The notes below the pieces were generated by a model. The model was not told the DNA's origin. It saw nothing but the letters and a program-made list of their open reading frames with translations, and ran no database searches. The position numbers and the translations under genes are program-made. Positions 30,169 through 39,900 of a DNA stretch of 64,000 nt are shown in pieces (the stretch's first letter is position 1; each line of letters opens with the position of its first letter). Location: sequence record SRR20825006_2332; one strand, 5' to 3'.

Positions 30169-31167
30169 ATGAAAGCCGCCTTCATCACCGAAACCGGCCC
30201 TGCCGACGCTCTTCAAGTTGGTGAGCTACCTGACCCCTCACCGAGTCCCGGCCAAGTTGTGATTCGAGTGTATGCTTCCGCGATCAATCCGATCGACACA
30301 TACATCCGGAACGGCACCATCGCGATGGAATTGCCTCTACCGTTTGTTCCCGGATGCGATGCCGCTGGCGTGGTCGAAAGCGTCGGGCCGGGTGTCAAGC
30401 GATTGTCCATCGGTGATCGGGTTTGGTGCACCAACCAGGGCCTGCTTGGACGGCAGGGCACGTTGTCCGAATTGATCGCGGTCGATGAGCACTGGACATT
30501 CAAACTACCTGAACCGGTGCCGTACGAAGACGCTGCCGCATGTGCATTGGTTGGAGTCACCGCTCACCTAGGCCTCTTTCGCGAAGCCCAATTGGAACCA
30601 GGCGAAACGATTCTGGTCATCGGTGGCAGTGGCGGCGTGGGGTCCATGGTCGTGCAAATGGCCGCTGCAACTGGTGCTCGCGTGATCACGACTGCCGGCA
30701 GCGAAGCGAAGGCACAAGTCTGCCGAGATCTCGGTGCCGAAGAAGTGATCCTGTACAAAGATGAATCCATCGCAGATCGCACCAAAGCATTTGCTCCCGA
30801 CGGAGTCAATGTGCTTTGGGAGACACGACGCGAACCAGACTTTGACATGGCGATCGATCTAATGGCCGGTCGGGGACGAATGGTCTTGATGGCGGGACGA
30901 GATGCCAAACCCGCGTTCCCAGTTGGTCCGTTCTATGTCAAAGAATGTTCGTTGCATGGTTTTGTAATGTTCAAAGCCACGCCGATGGAAATGAAAAACG
31001 CCGCTGAAGACATCTCCCAGTGGTTGGCGTCTGGCAAATTGTCCGCGAACATCAGTGCTCGGTTCAGTTTGGACGAAGCCGCCCAAGCACACGCTTTGCA
31101 AGAATCCGCAACGCTCGAAGACAGCAGTCAGCTGGCGGGCAAAATCATTGTCACACTCAACACCTGA
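30169..31167 (+). CDS. NADPH:quinone reductase (zeta-crystallin/MDR family)
   Basis: [20 protein letters not shown] and GGSGGVG motifs. Confidence 0.9.
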   Translation: MKAAFITETGPADALQVGELPDPSPSPGQVVIRVYASAINPIDTYIRNGTIAMELPLPFVPGCDAAGVVESVGPGVKRLSIGDRVWCTNQGLLGRQGTLSELIAVDEHWTFKLPEPVPYEDAAACALVGVTAHLGLFREAQLEPGETILVIGGSGGVGSMVVQMAAATGARVITTAGSEAKAQVCRDLGAEEVILYKDESIADRTKAFAPDGVNVLWETRREPDFDMAIDLMAGRGRMVLMAGRDAKPAFPVGPFYVKECSLHGFVMFKATPMEMKNAAEDISQWLASGKLSANISARFSLDEAAQAHALQESATLEDSSQLAGKIIVTLNT

Positions 31168-31175
31168 TCATCTTC

Positions 31176-31556
31176 ATGTCATCCCCCGTGCCCAACTTTG
31201 ACGCTGGAGTTCCGTGTCCCAAGACCGGTCAACCGTTGCTGCCCGCCATCGCCCAAGACGCCACCACCGGGCGGGTGTTGATGCTGGCGTGGATGAATCG
31301 CGAAGCTTGGGACGAAACCATCTCGGGCAATCGAGCGGTCTACTTCAGCCGTTCGAGAGGTAAACTTTGGCGGAAGGGTGACACCAGCGGCCACGCTCAG
31401 GTCGTACGGGAAATCCGAGTGGACTGCGACGCCGACACGATCCTATTGTCCGTCGAACAAACCGGAGCTGCCTGCCACGAAAACTACGAAAGCTGTTTCT
31501 TCCGCCGCGTCGATCCCGACGGCACCACCCACATCACCGAAGAACGCATCGCCTAA
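31176..31556 (+). CDS. hisI: Phosphoribosyl-AMP cyclohydrolase
   Basis: [28 protein letters not shown] and ACH...SCF motifs. Confidence 0.95.
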   Translation: MSSPVPNFDAGVPCPKTGQPLLPAIAQDATTGRVLMLAWMNREAWDETISGNRAVYFSRSRGKLWRKGDTSGHAQVVREIRVDCDADTILLSVEQTGAACHENYESCFFRRVDPDGTTHITEERIA

Positions 31557-31783
31557 AAAGGTGTCACGCCTAAAAAGGTGTCAGGTACCTTTTTGAAAAA
31601 ATAGGCAATTTCGAGTTTCTTTGTCCGCTGAACACGTTTCGATACCGACCAGAAACGGATCGTCAACAGTCGCGAGAAAGCCAGATACTTCGGTCACCAA
31701 TCTGTCGGCTGGAAGACCATTCACACGACATCCAGCAACAGAAAAACCACCTATTCCCCCAAAAAGGTACCTGACACCTTTTT
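31550..31783. repeat. Terminal-inverted-repeat element (REPIN/MITE-like) with an adjacent 17-bp tandem duplication
   Basis: 31572-31595 AAAAAGGTGTCAGGTACCTTTTTG is the exact reverse complement of 31760-31783. CGCCTAAAAAGGTGTCA occurs twice, at 31550-31566 and 31567-31583. Confidence 0.85.
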
Positions 31784-32704
31784 GAGGTGCGTCGCGGGTG
31801 GTAGGCCACCTGGGAGAGGGTGGATTTCAGGGTGGAGGGTATTGGCGAGGATTTCGAGGCTGTCGATCAATCGTGGTCCCGGCCGACTGAAGTAGGCGGA
31901 ACCGTCGACCACGTAGACGCGATCTTCGCGAACACATTTCATGTCGGACCATCCGGGATAGCCACACAAAATTGGCACGTCTTCCAGTGTTCGCGACACG
32001 CTGAAACCACAACATGCGATGAACAGCACATCTGGGTCCGCTTCTCGAATGCGATCCCAAGACGTCGTCACGGAACGCTCACCGGCCTCGCCAACGCATT
32101 CGTTGCCGCCCGCTAATCGCACCAACTCCGGACTCCAGTGACCAGCACTGAACGGAGGATCGATCCACTCCAATAACATCACGCTCGGCGCTTTCGCCTC
32201 CGGCCGTGCTAACCAATCCTCTGAACGTTTTCGTACTCGAGCGACTCGTGATTTCAGTTGTTCAATCAGAGTTGCCGCCCGGTCCGGGCAACTGGCCGCT
32301 TCACCAACCAATGTGATGCAATCAAACATCTCCGACAAAGAGGTCGGTTCCAGGTTCACCACGCGAGGCTTTCCGGGCAAGGAGCACGCCGCCGCATTGA
32401 CTTCCGATTCCGCCACCGCGCACACGTCGCACAACGCTTGAGTCACGATCAGATCCGGAGCCAATGATTCCACCACCGGCATGTTCAGTGAGTACAAGGC
32501 TCGCTCGGTTTGCAGTCGCTCTCGGACCATCGTGTCAATCTCGCCGCTGGTCGCATCATGTGGGATCAACGTCTGAGTGACTTTCGCGAGGCGATCGACA
32601 CCGGATGGATAATCGCACTCGTGTGTAACACCCACGAGTTGGTCCCGCAGTCCCAACGCACAAATGATTTCGGTCGCACTGGGCAGAAGTGAAATGATGT
32701 TCAT
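31751..32704 (-). CDS. Cobalamin/Fe-siderophore-type periplasmic binding protein (BtuF-like)
   Basis: IISLLPSATEI, VGVTHECDYP, TQALCDVCAV, EWIDP and YFSRPGPRL motifs. No signal peptide seen. Confidence 0.85.
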   Translation of the reverse strand: MNIISLLPSATEIICALGLRDQLVGVTHECDYPSGVDRLAKVTQTLIPHDATSGEIDTMVRERLQTERALYSLNMPVVESLAPDLIVTQALCDVCAVAESEVNAAACSLPGKPRVVNLEPTSLSEMFDCITLVGEAASCPDRAATLIEQLKSRVARVRKRSEDWLARPEAKAPSVMLLEWIDPPFSAGHWSPELVRLAGGNECVGEAGERSVTTSWDRIREADPDVLFIACCGFSVSRTLEDVPILCGYPGWSDMKCVREDRVYVVDGSAYFSRPGPRLIDSLEILANTLHPEIHPLPGGLPPATHLKKVSGTFLGE

Positions 32705-32891
32705 GAAAGGTTTGCTGAGGCGGAGATGGCTTTGAAAGAACCTTATCAGGCCGGAGCAATCTTCCCACCCGGGATGCTCACCCGGTTGCCGGACTTGCTT
32801 GCCAACTCACCAGCAACGATGATCAGAGCCCCCTCACGCGAACTCACGCGGCAGGATCCCACCCCAACATCATCCCACCGAGCGAATCACC

Positions 32892-35537
32892 ATGCTTCAC
32901 CCCTTCGATCCAATAAGTTTCGTTCCCGCGAAAAAGCAATTTGCTTCGTGGATCCGGTCGTGCTCCTGCCTTTGGATGCTCGTCGCGGTTTTCGTTCTAT
33001 CGACTGGTCTAAACGCAGATGACGAATCGCTGCGAACGGTTCAGGACGGCGTGCCACAAGGCGAAATCACGAAGGGAGTGTTCGACACCAGCGAGATCTA
33101 TCCAGGGACTCGGCGAGACTACGCCGTCTATGTTCCATCGCAATACGATCCTGAATCACCAGCCAACTTGATGGTGTTCATGGATGGAATGAACTACGCA
33201 AAACCAAACGGTTCCTTCCGCGTCCCGATCGTCCTGGACAACTTGATTGCCAAGGGTTCCTTGCCACCGACCATCGCGGTCTTCGTTAATCCAGGTACCA
33301 TCCCGGCCACCAAGCCCGATGCCAAGAGCCGTAGCAACCGCTCGTTTGAATACGACTCATTGGGTGATCGCTATGCGAACTTCCTGATCAATGAATTCCT
33401 TCCAGTAGCATTGAAGGACCTGAAAGTATCGACCAATCCTAAACGCCGCGCTGTCGCGGGCATTTCTTCCGGTGGAATCTGTGCCTTCACCGTGGCGTGG
33501 GAACGACCGGACCAATTCGGCAAGGTGCTCAGCCACATTGGAAGCTTCACCAACATTCGTGGTGGCTGGGCCTATCCCAGCTTGATTCGCAAAACTAAAT
33601 CGGATCCCAAGCCAATCCAGGTCTATTTGCAAGAAGGTCGCGATGACCTGAGCAACCTGCACGGCAACTGGCCATTGGCAAACCGCGACATGGCCGCCGC
33701 ACTCCAGTTCGCGGGCTACCAGTACAAATTCGTGATGACCGAAGGCGGACACAGCGGTCAGTGGGGCGGAAAAGAACTGCCCAGCGCCTTGCAGTGGCTG
33801 TGGAACGATGACGCGGAATCGACCGTCACACCTCCAGCATCCACCAAACCAGAATGGGAACCACACCCGCTCGCGGTCGTCAATAAAAACGTTCCACAAG
33901 GCAAGGTGGAATCAATGCCGCCTTGGCATTCAGAGATTTTTGGCAACACCATTCGTGACTGGTCGATCTACGTTCCGGCCCAATACGATGCGAGCAAACC
34001 AGCGGCTCTGATGGTGTTCCAGGATGGTGAGCGGATGCGTGACACGAAAGGTCGCTGGCGCATCCCAACCGTGTTTGACAACTTGATCGCGAGCGGCGAC
34101 ATGCCGCCGACGATTGCAGTGTTCCTTGATCCGGGACACGACAAATCCAAACCACGAAAAGGCCGCAAGTCTTCCAACCGAGGTTTCGAATACGACAGTC
34201 TGGGTGATCGGTACAGTCGATTCTTATTGGAAGAGATCCTTCCCGAGGTCGAGAAGAAATACAACCTTTCTGACGATCCCAACATGCGTGCGATTGGCGG
34301 ATCCAGTTCCGGCGCGATCTGTGCCTTCACCGTTGCGTGGGAAAGCCCCGACCAATTCCGCAAGGTTTACTCCAATGTCGGCAGTTTCGTGAATTTGCGT
34401 GGCGGAGATCTCTATTCATCCTTGATCCGCAAAACCGAACCCAAACCCATTCGCGTCTACATGTCGGATACCAGCGGCGACAACGACAACCCGTTTGGGC
34501 ACTGGCCGATCGCCAATCAACGCATGGAGTCATCGCTGTCCTACATGGGATTCGACGTTCGCCTGGATTGGGCCGAAGGCTACGGGCACAACGCCGATTT
34601 CGGCAGCATGCAGTTTCCCGAGGCAATGAAATGGCTCTGGCGCAGCGAGACACCCACACCATCCATCGACACCTCCGATGATCTTCGTGGCGACCTGACA
34701 CTCTTGAATCTGCTTGTCCCTGGTCAGTCATGGGAAGTCGTCGCCGATGACCTTGGATTTTCGGATGCTCCCTGCAGCGACGCAGAAGGCAACTTTTACT
34801 ACTGCGACATGCGTGCTCCAGCGGTGGCCCGAGTCGACGCGAAAAATCAAAGTAAAACGGTCATCGCAAAGGAAGCCGTTAGCGGAATGATGTTTGGCCC
34901 TGGCGATCTGATTTACGCCTGCCAAGGATCAAAGAAGCGAGTGATCTCGATTGATCCAAAATCAGGTGAAGTGAACACGATTGCTGAGAATGTGACACCG
35001 AACGATCTTGCCGTTTCCGACGAAGGCTATTTGTTCATCACCGAGACCAGAGCTCACCAAGTCACTCGAATCAATATCGAGACTGGTGAGGTGACTGCGG
35101 TCGACGTAGGCATCACCCGCCCCAACGGCATCGCACTGTCCAACGACGGCGGCACGCTTCTGGTTTCAGACCATGGTGGCCCATCGACATGGACATTCCG
35201 AGTCAACAAGAACGGTGTGCTCGACGCAAAGATGCCGACCATGCCGATGCGTTTGCCGATCGATCCCAAGGGCGAATTCAATTTCAATGAACCACCCCCA
35301 TACATTCAAGCATCCAAGGGGGATGGCTCTGCGGTCGACAAGATTGGTCGCTTCTATGTCACCAGCGAACTGGGCGTGCAGATCTTTGACCCAACAGGTC
35401 GCCCGTGCGGAGTGCTTCCCAAACCGAACGCGGATCAACCTTTGACAAGCTGCGTGCTAGCTGGTCCAGAGCACTCTCATTTGTATGTCACCAACGGATC
35501 GACCATCTATCGACGGGAGCTGACCGTCGAGAAGTGA
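32892..35537 (+). CDS. Tandem esterase domains fused to an SMP-30/gluconolactonase propeller
   Basis: Duplicated SNRxFEYDSLGDRY and GxSSG(G/A)ICAFTVAWE blocks; C-terminal RPNGIALS and GDGSAVD. Confidence 0.85.
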   Translation: MLHPFDPISFVPAKKQFASWIRSCSCLWMLVAVFVLSTGLNADDESLRTVQDGVPQGEITKGVFDTSEIYPGTRRDYAVYVPSQYDPESPANLMVFMDGMNYAKPNGSFRVPIVLDNLIAKGSLPPTIAVFVNPGTIPATKPDAKSRSNRSFEYDSLGDRYANFLINEFLPVALKDLKVSTNPKRRAVAGISSGGICAFTVAWERPDQFGKVLSHIGSFTNIRGGWAYPSLIRKTKSDPKPIQVYLQEGRDDLSNLHGNWPLANRDMAAALQFAGYQYKFVMTEGGHSGQWGGKELPSALQWLWNDDAESTVTPPASTKPEWEPHPLAVVNKNVPQGKVESMPPWHSEIFGNTIRDWSIYVPAQYDASKPAALMVFQDGERMRDTKGRWRIPTVFDNLIASGDMPPTIAVFLDPGHDKSKPRKGRKSSNRGFEYDSLGDRYSRFLLEEILPEVEKKYNLSDDPNMRAIGGSSSGAICAFTVAWESPDQFRKVYSNVGSFVNLRGGDLYSSLIRKTEPKPIRVYMSDTSGDNDNPFGHWPIANQRMESSLSYMGFDVRLDWAEGYGHNADFGSMQFPEAMKWLWRSETPTPSIDTSDDLRGDLTLLNLLVPGQSWEVVADDLGFSDAPCSDAEGNFYYCDMRAPAVARVDAKNQSKTVIAKEAVSGMMFGPGDLIYACQGSKKRVISIDPKSGEVNTIAENVTPNDLAVSDEGYLFITETRAHQVTRINIETGEVTAVDVGITRPNGIALSNDGGTLLVSDHGGPSTWTFRVNKNGVLDAKMPTMPMRLPIDPKGEFNFNEPPPYIQASKGDGSAVDKIGRFYVTSELGVQIFDPTGRPCGVLPKPNADQPLTSCVLAGPEHSHLYVTNGSTIYRRELTVEK

Positions 35538-35615
35538 TCTTGATTTGATCGCATTCCTTCAAGGCATCCATGCAGGATTCCTTGAAGGAATATTGTTTGC
35601 GAGTTGTTGGTCCGT

Positions 35616-35999
35616 TCAGGCGGACAAATTCTTGGGAAGTAGTGCTCGCAAGAACTGAGGCATCATGCCCATGTAGCAAGCACACTTCGGACAGACCGTG
35701 GACTGATCGCTCACCAAATATTCGCACCGCGGGCATGGCCGGTGTGATTCCGGGTTTGCTTGCGGGGCGTCCGTTTTGGTCTCGGCAGCGGGAGTCACCG
35801 CTGGTTCCCCCAAAATTCTCATCACACCGGTATCCGACAGCGTGTCGCGTACGGGGGGTTCTTCAGGAACTGTAAAAGCTTCTTCCCACGGAATGGTGAC
35901 CGCTACGCCACATCGTGGGCAGGGCAGAGTTTTGCCGGCCAGCGCCCCGGCGGCTCGCAAATGGTGCCCATTGCTGCAAGTGATTGATTTTCGATTCAT
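35616..35999 (-). CDS. Small double zinc-ribbon hypothetical protein
   Basis: CSNGH...CPRC and CPRC...CPKC. ATG 35999 is preceded by a GGAGG RBS. Confidence 0.7.
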   Translation of the reverse strand: MNRKSITCSNGHHLRAAGALAGKTLPCPRCGVAVTIPWEEAFTVPEEPPVRDTLSDTGVMRILGEPAVTPAAETKTDAPQANPESHRPCPRCEYLVSDQSTVCPKCACYMGMMPQFLRALLPKNLSA

Positions 36000-36200
36000 T
36001 TTTTCCTCCTGTTGGTGAAACCGTGTGAGTCTCCACTCACGGCAAGGCTTCAATGCCGATACGGGTGTGAGGTTCCGCCAAATTGAGTCGGAAATTGGTT
36101 TCACGTCGGTTTCATCGCCGCGTGCCTTTTCCGCCGGAACCTTTGGCCAGGACTGGGGTTTCAGTCGGTGAACGTTCATGTCCGAGAAGGAAAAGATGTA

Positions 36201-36881
36201 ATGCAAGATCGACTGCTATTGGTCGAAGACGACACCCATTTGGCAGCGATGGTGAGTGACTTTCTTCATGAAAATGGATTTCATGTAGAAATCGAAAACG
36301 ATGGCAAACTCGCCGCCCAAAGAATTGTTCACGACCGATTTGATGCGATTGTTTTGGACATTGGACTGCCCAGCATGAACGGGATCGATGTGTGTCGATC
36401 GGTGCGCAATCAGTTCTCGGGCCCAATCATCGTCCTGACCGCACGCGGCGAAGAGATTGATGAGGTTGTCGCTCTAGAAGTTGGTGCGGATGACTTCATG
36501 AGCAAACCGGTTCGGCCGCGGGCGTTGCTGGCTCGGTTAAAAAACCATCTCAGAAAGTCTGACGCCCAACTGACCGACGAAGATCGAATCATCGTTGGCG
36601 ATTTGGTTGTGACGCCCGCCCGACGTCAGGTCACCATTGCAGGCGACCCGGTCGACATGACCACCGCGGAGTTTGACTTGATCGAATACTTGGCACTTCG
36701 TGCGGGATCGGTGGTTGCTCGCAAAGACATCTATGTCGATTTGCTGGGCCTTCCCTACGACGGACTAGACCGATCGATCGACCTACGCGTCTCGCGAGTT
36801 CGACGCAAACTCGGTGATGACCCCAATCAACCCACGCGAATCAAATCGGTCCGCGGGGTTGGGTACCTGATGGCAAAGTAG
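36201..36881 (+). CDS. OmpR-family response regulator
   Basis: LLVEDD, LDIGLP, LTAR, GADDFMSKP, RSIDLRVSRVRRKL and VRGVGY motifs. Confidence 0.93.
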   Translation: MQDRLLLVEDDTHLAAMVSDFLHENGFHVEIENDGKLAAQRIVHDRFDAIVLDIGLPSMNGIDVCRSVRNQFSGPIIVLTARGEEIDEVVALEVGADDFMSKPVRPRALLARLKNHLRKSDAQLTDEDRIIVGDLVVTPARRQVTIAGDPVDMTTAEFDLIEYLALRAGSVVARKDIYVDLLGLPYDGLDRSIDLRVSRVRRKLGDDPNQPTRIKSVRGVGYLMAK

Positions 36882-36947
36882 AGTGCTTTGACGAGCCCTT
36901 CAGGCTTCACCTTGAACGACCAAGCGACACTATTTTTCGCCGGCTCG

Positions 36948-39900
36948 TCACTTCGCCGCCGCGTGTTGCTCCATTCGCTTGGCCAATTCTTTCGCCTGCT
37001 CACCCAGAAGCATCGTGAAGTGGTCTCCGTCGGTTTGCTCAACAATCACTTCGCTATCCAGATGTGATGCCCAATCGAGGTGATCGGTCCAACGTTCCCC
37101 TGAAGAACCTTCCAGGGCGGTCGTCTTCACCGGCAAGATCAACTGCACACTTGGACTGGCCGGGTCGATTTCATACGACTTGATGAACTGCACATGTTGC
37201 CGACTGGTATCGATCAACTTGCGAACCATATCGGGCGATGCAGATTGGCTGAGAACCCCTGCGCGTTGGGCTTCTTCCAGAACACGTTGCCAAATCTGAT
37301 CCGTCCCACGAGCGTCTTCCAACTCTTCCGCTGACAAATACATGTCCGTCCCGGAGAAAGCATTGGAAAACTGAACCAGATCGGCGACGAACTGCACATC
37401 GTCGTTCGGATCCACGTTGCGGTAGATCGATGGAAGAGGCGTATCCAACAACGTCACCGCTACATTGCTGCGGCCTTCGTTTTCTAAACGACGAGCGAGT
37501 TCCAGGGCAAAGACACCGCCCGCGGACCAACCAATCAAACGCAATTCGTCTTCGCCAAACTGTGCTTGCACGAGTTCAACATACTCTTCCATCATGGCAT
37601 CCAGCGATGCCGGTGGTTCGCTGACGCCATCGGAACCGCCACCGACCAAAGCGTACACCGGTTGATCGTCGTCAACCTGTTGTGAAAACTCTGAATAGCA
37701 AGCGGTCGATCCTCCCAGTGGATGGATACACAACCAAGGTGAACGAGCACCATCAGCTTTCAAAGGCACGATCAACGCGGTTCGGTCGCCGCCAGGTTCC
37801 TTTGACTTCTCCGACGCCTTCTTCATCTCGCCGTCTTCATCGGCAAACTGAGAAACCACATGGCCGACCAAACTGTTGATCGATGGCGACTCGACAAGTG
37901 CTGACATCGGAATGGTGATCGCCAGGCGTTGCTCGAGATTGTTCTTCAGTTCCATCGCGATCAACGAATCCATTCCCAATTCACTGAGTTTTTGCTTCAC
38001 GTCGATCTGCTCCGCTTCCCAGCCCATCAGTCGAGCCAGCTCGGAAGCGAAGTACCGGCGCAAACGTTCGGTGCGTTCACTTTCGGGAACTTCCGACAAC
38101 TGAGCACGGAATTCGTGATCGACTTGATCGACGCTTGCCTTGCCATCGACTTGTGAGCGATCCGCAAACTCGGCGAAGAAGGGTCGACTGCGTCGCATGC
38201 TTTTGGTCATCGCTGGCCAATCCACATCCATCACGGCGACGTATTGATCGCCGGCATCGATAAGTTGCTGCATCGTCTGAAAACAAGCATTGGCGGGAAG
38301 CAACCGCATACCTCGAGATTCAAGTTGCGACGACCGATCTTCGGTGGCCGCCATCCCCGACTCCGCCCAGGGGCCCCAAGCGATGCTGGTTGCCGGCAAA
38401 CCTTTTTCACGGCGATATTCAGACAAGGCATCCAAAAAGCCATTGGCCGCCGCGTAGTTGGCTTGTCCAGGCGATCCCAAACAAGCGGCGATGGAAGAGA
38501 ACAGCACGAACGTTTCGATTGGCAGATCCTTCGTCGCAACGTGCAAGTTCCAACCACCTTGAATCTTGGGCCCCATCGGAACACGTAGTTGTTCTTCGGT
38601 CATATCCATCAACAATCCATCCTGCAGAACGCCAGCTGCGTGATAGACGTGCCGGATTGGTGGCAGACTGCCTGGAAGCTGTTTGAGCGCCGAGCGCAAC
38701 GAATCAAGTTCGCCCACGTCACCTTGCAACACAGTCACTTGGACCGAATCAGCGTCTTGTTTCAACGCGTCGATTTTCGCGGCGACGTCACCAACCGGTT
38801 GTCGACGAGAAAGCAAGGCGATGCTGGTTGCACCGTCGTTGATCAAATGCTTCGCAAGTTTCAAACCAATGGCACCGGTGCCTCCGGTAATCAACACGGT
38901 CGATTCGGATGCCTCTTCTTGCGGCACCGCATCAGTCGTCGCAATCGTCGACATTCTTGTGATGACTTTGCCAATGTTCTTTCGCTGCGCCATGTAGCGG
39001 AACGTTTCGACCATTTCAGTTTGATCAAATTCCGTGCAAGCGATTGGTTGCAAGTCGCCAGCCTCAAATCGCTCAGCAAGCTCCGCCCATAGCTTCTCAA
39101 TCTTCGCGGGACGCTGTCGCAACACTCGATCCAAATCGATCGCGTGGTAGGACAGGTTGTCTTGGAATGGCAACAAGCCAACCTTGCGATCTTGGTAGAT
39201 ATCAGTCTTGCCAATTTCCAGAAAGCGACCGTACGCATTGAGCACACCGAGGCTTTTCGGGATGGCCTCGCCAGGAAGCGAATTCAAAACCACGTCGACG
39301 CCTTCACCGGAGAATGCGCGACGAATGTCATCGGCGAACTCGGTGGTCCGAGAGTTGAAGACATGCTTCACGCCACATTCACGCAGAAATTCGCGTTTCT
39401 CGTCGCTGCCAGCAGTCGCAATGATTTCGGCACCGAGATATTGAGCAATTTGAGTTGCCGCCAATCCGACGCCACCCGCACCCGCATGAATCAGTACACG
39501 TTCGCCGGGCTGGACATCAGCCAAATGCACCAATCCATACCAAGCGGTCAGGAAAGCGATGGGAATTGTCGCGGCCTCGACGTCATCCATTCCGGCCGGG
39601 CGTTTGACCAAGGTGTATTCGGGCGTTTTCGCGTGCGAACCAAAGCTGAACGGAGCGACCCCCATCACTTGATCACCAACTTGAAATCGTTTCGCGTCTT
39701 TGCCAACCGCGGTCACGACACCGGAACATTCAATTCCCAGTGGCACCACTTTGTCGGTGATCCCTGGATACAGCCCCATGACTTTCAAAACGTCGCTGAA
39801 GTTCAATCCCGCCGCATTCACCCGCAGTTCCACCTCGCTTCCCTGAGGCGTCTCGCGCTCCATCGGTTCGAAGTACAACGAATCGAAACTGCCGGTTTGC

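Noticed and set aside
31600..31750. Stop-free minus-strand frame inside the IR element (GFSVAGCRVNGLPADRLV...)
   Set aside because: About 50 codons with no clear start or RBS and no recognisable similarity; cannot be supported as a gene or pseudogene.
31550..31783. CRISPR array or intact IS element
   Set aside because: Only two inverted copies and one tandem duplication, with no spacer series, cas gene or transposase.
32705..32891. Possible cobalamin riboswitch upstream of the BtuF-like gene
   Set aside because: No B12-box or conserved GGGAA...GCCACTG core was recognisable by eye. An Rfam scan would be decisive.
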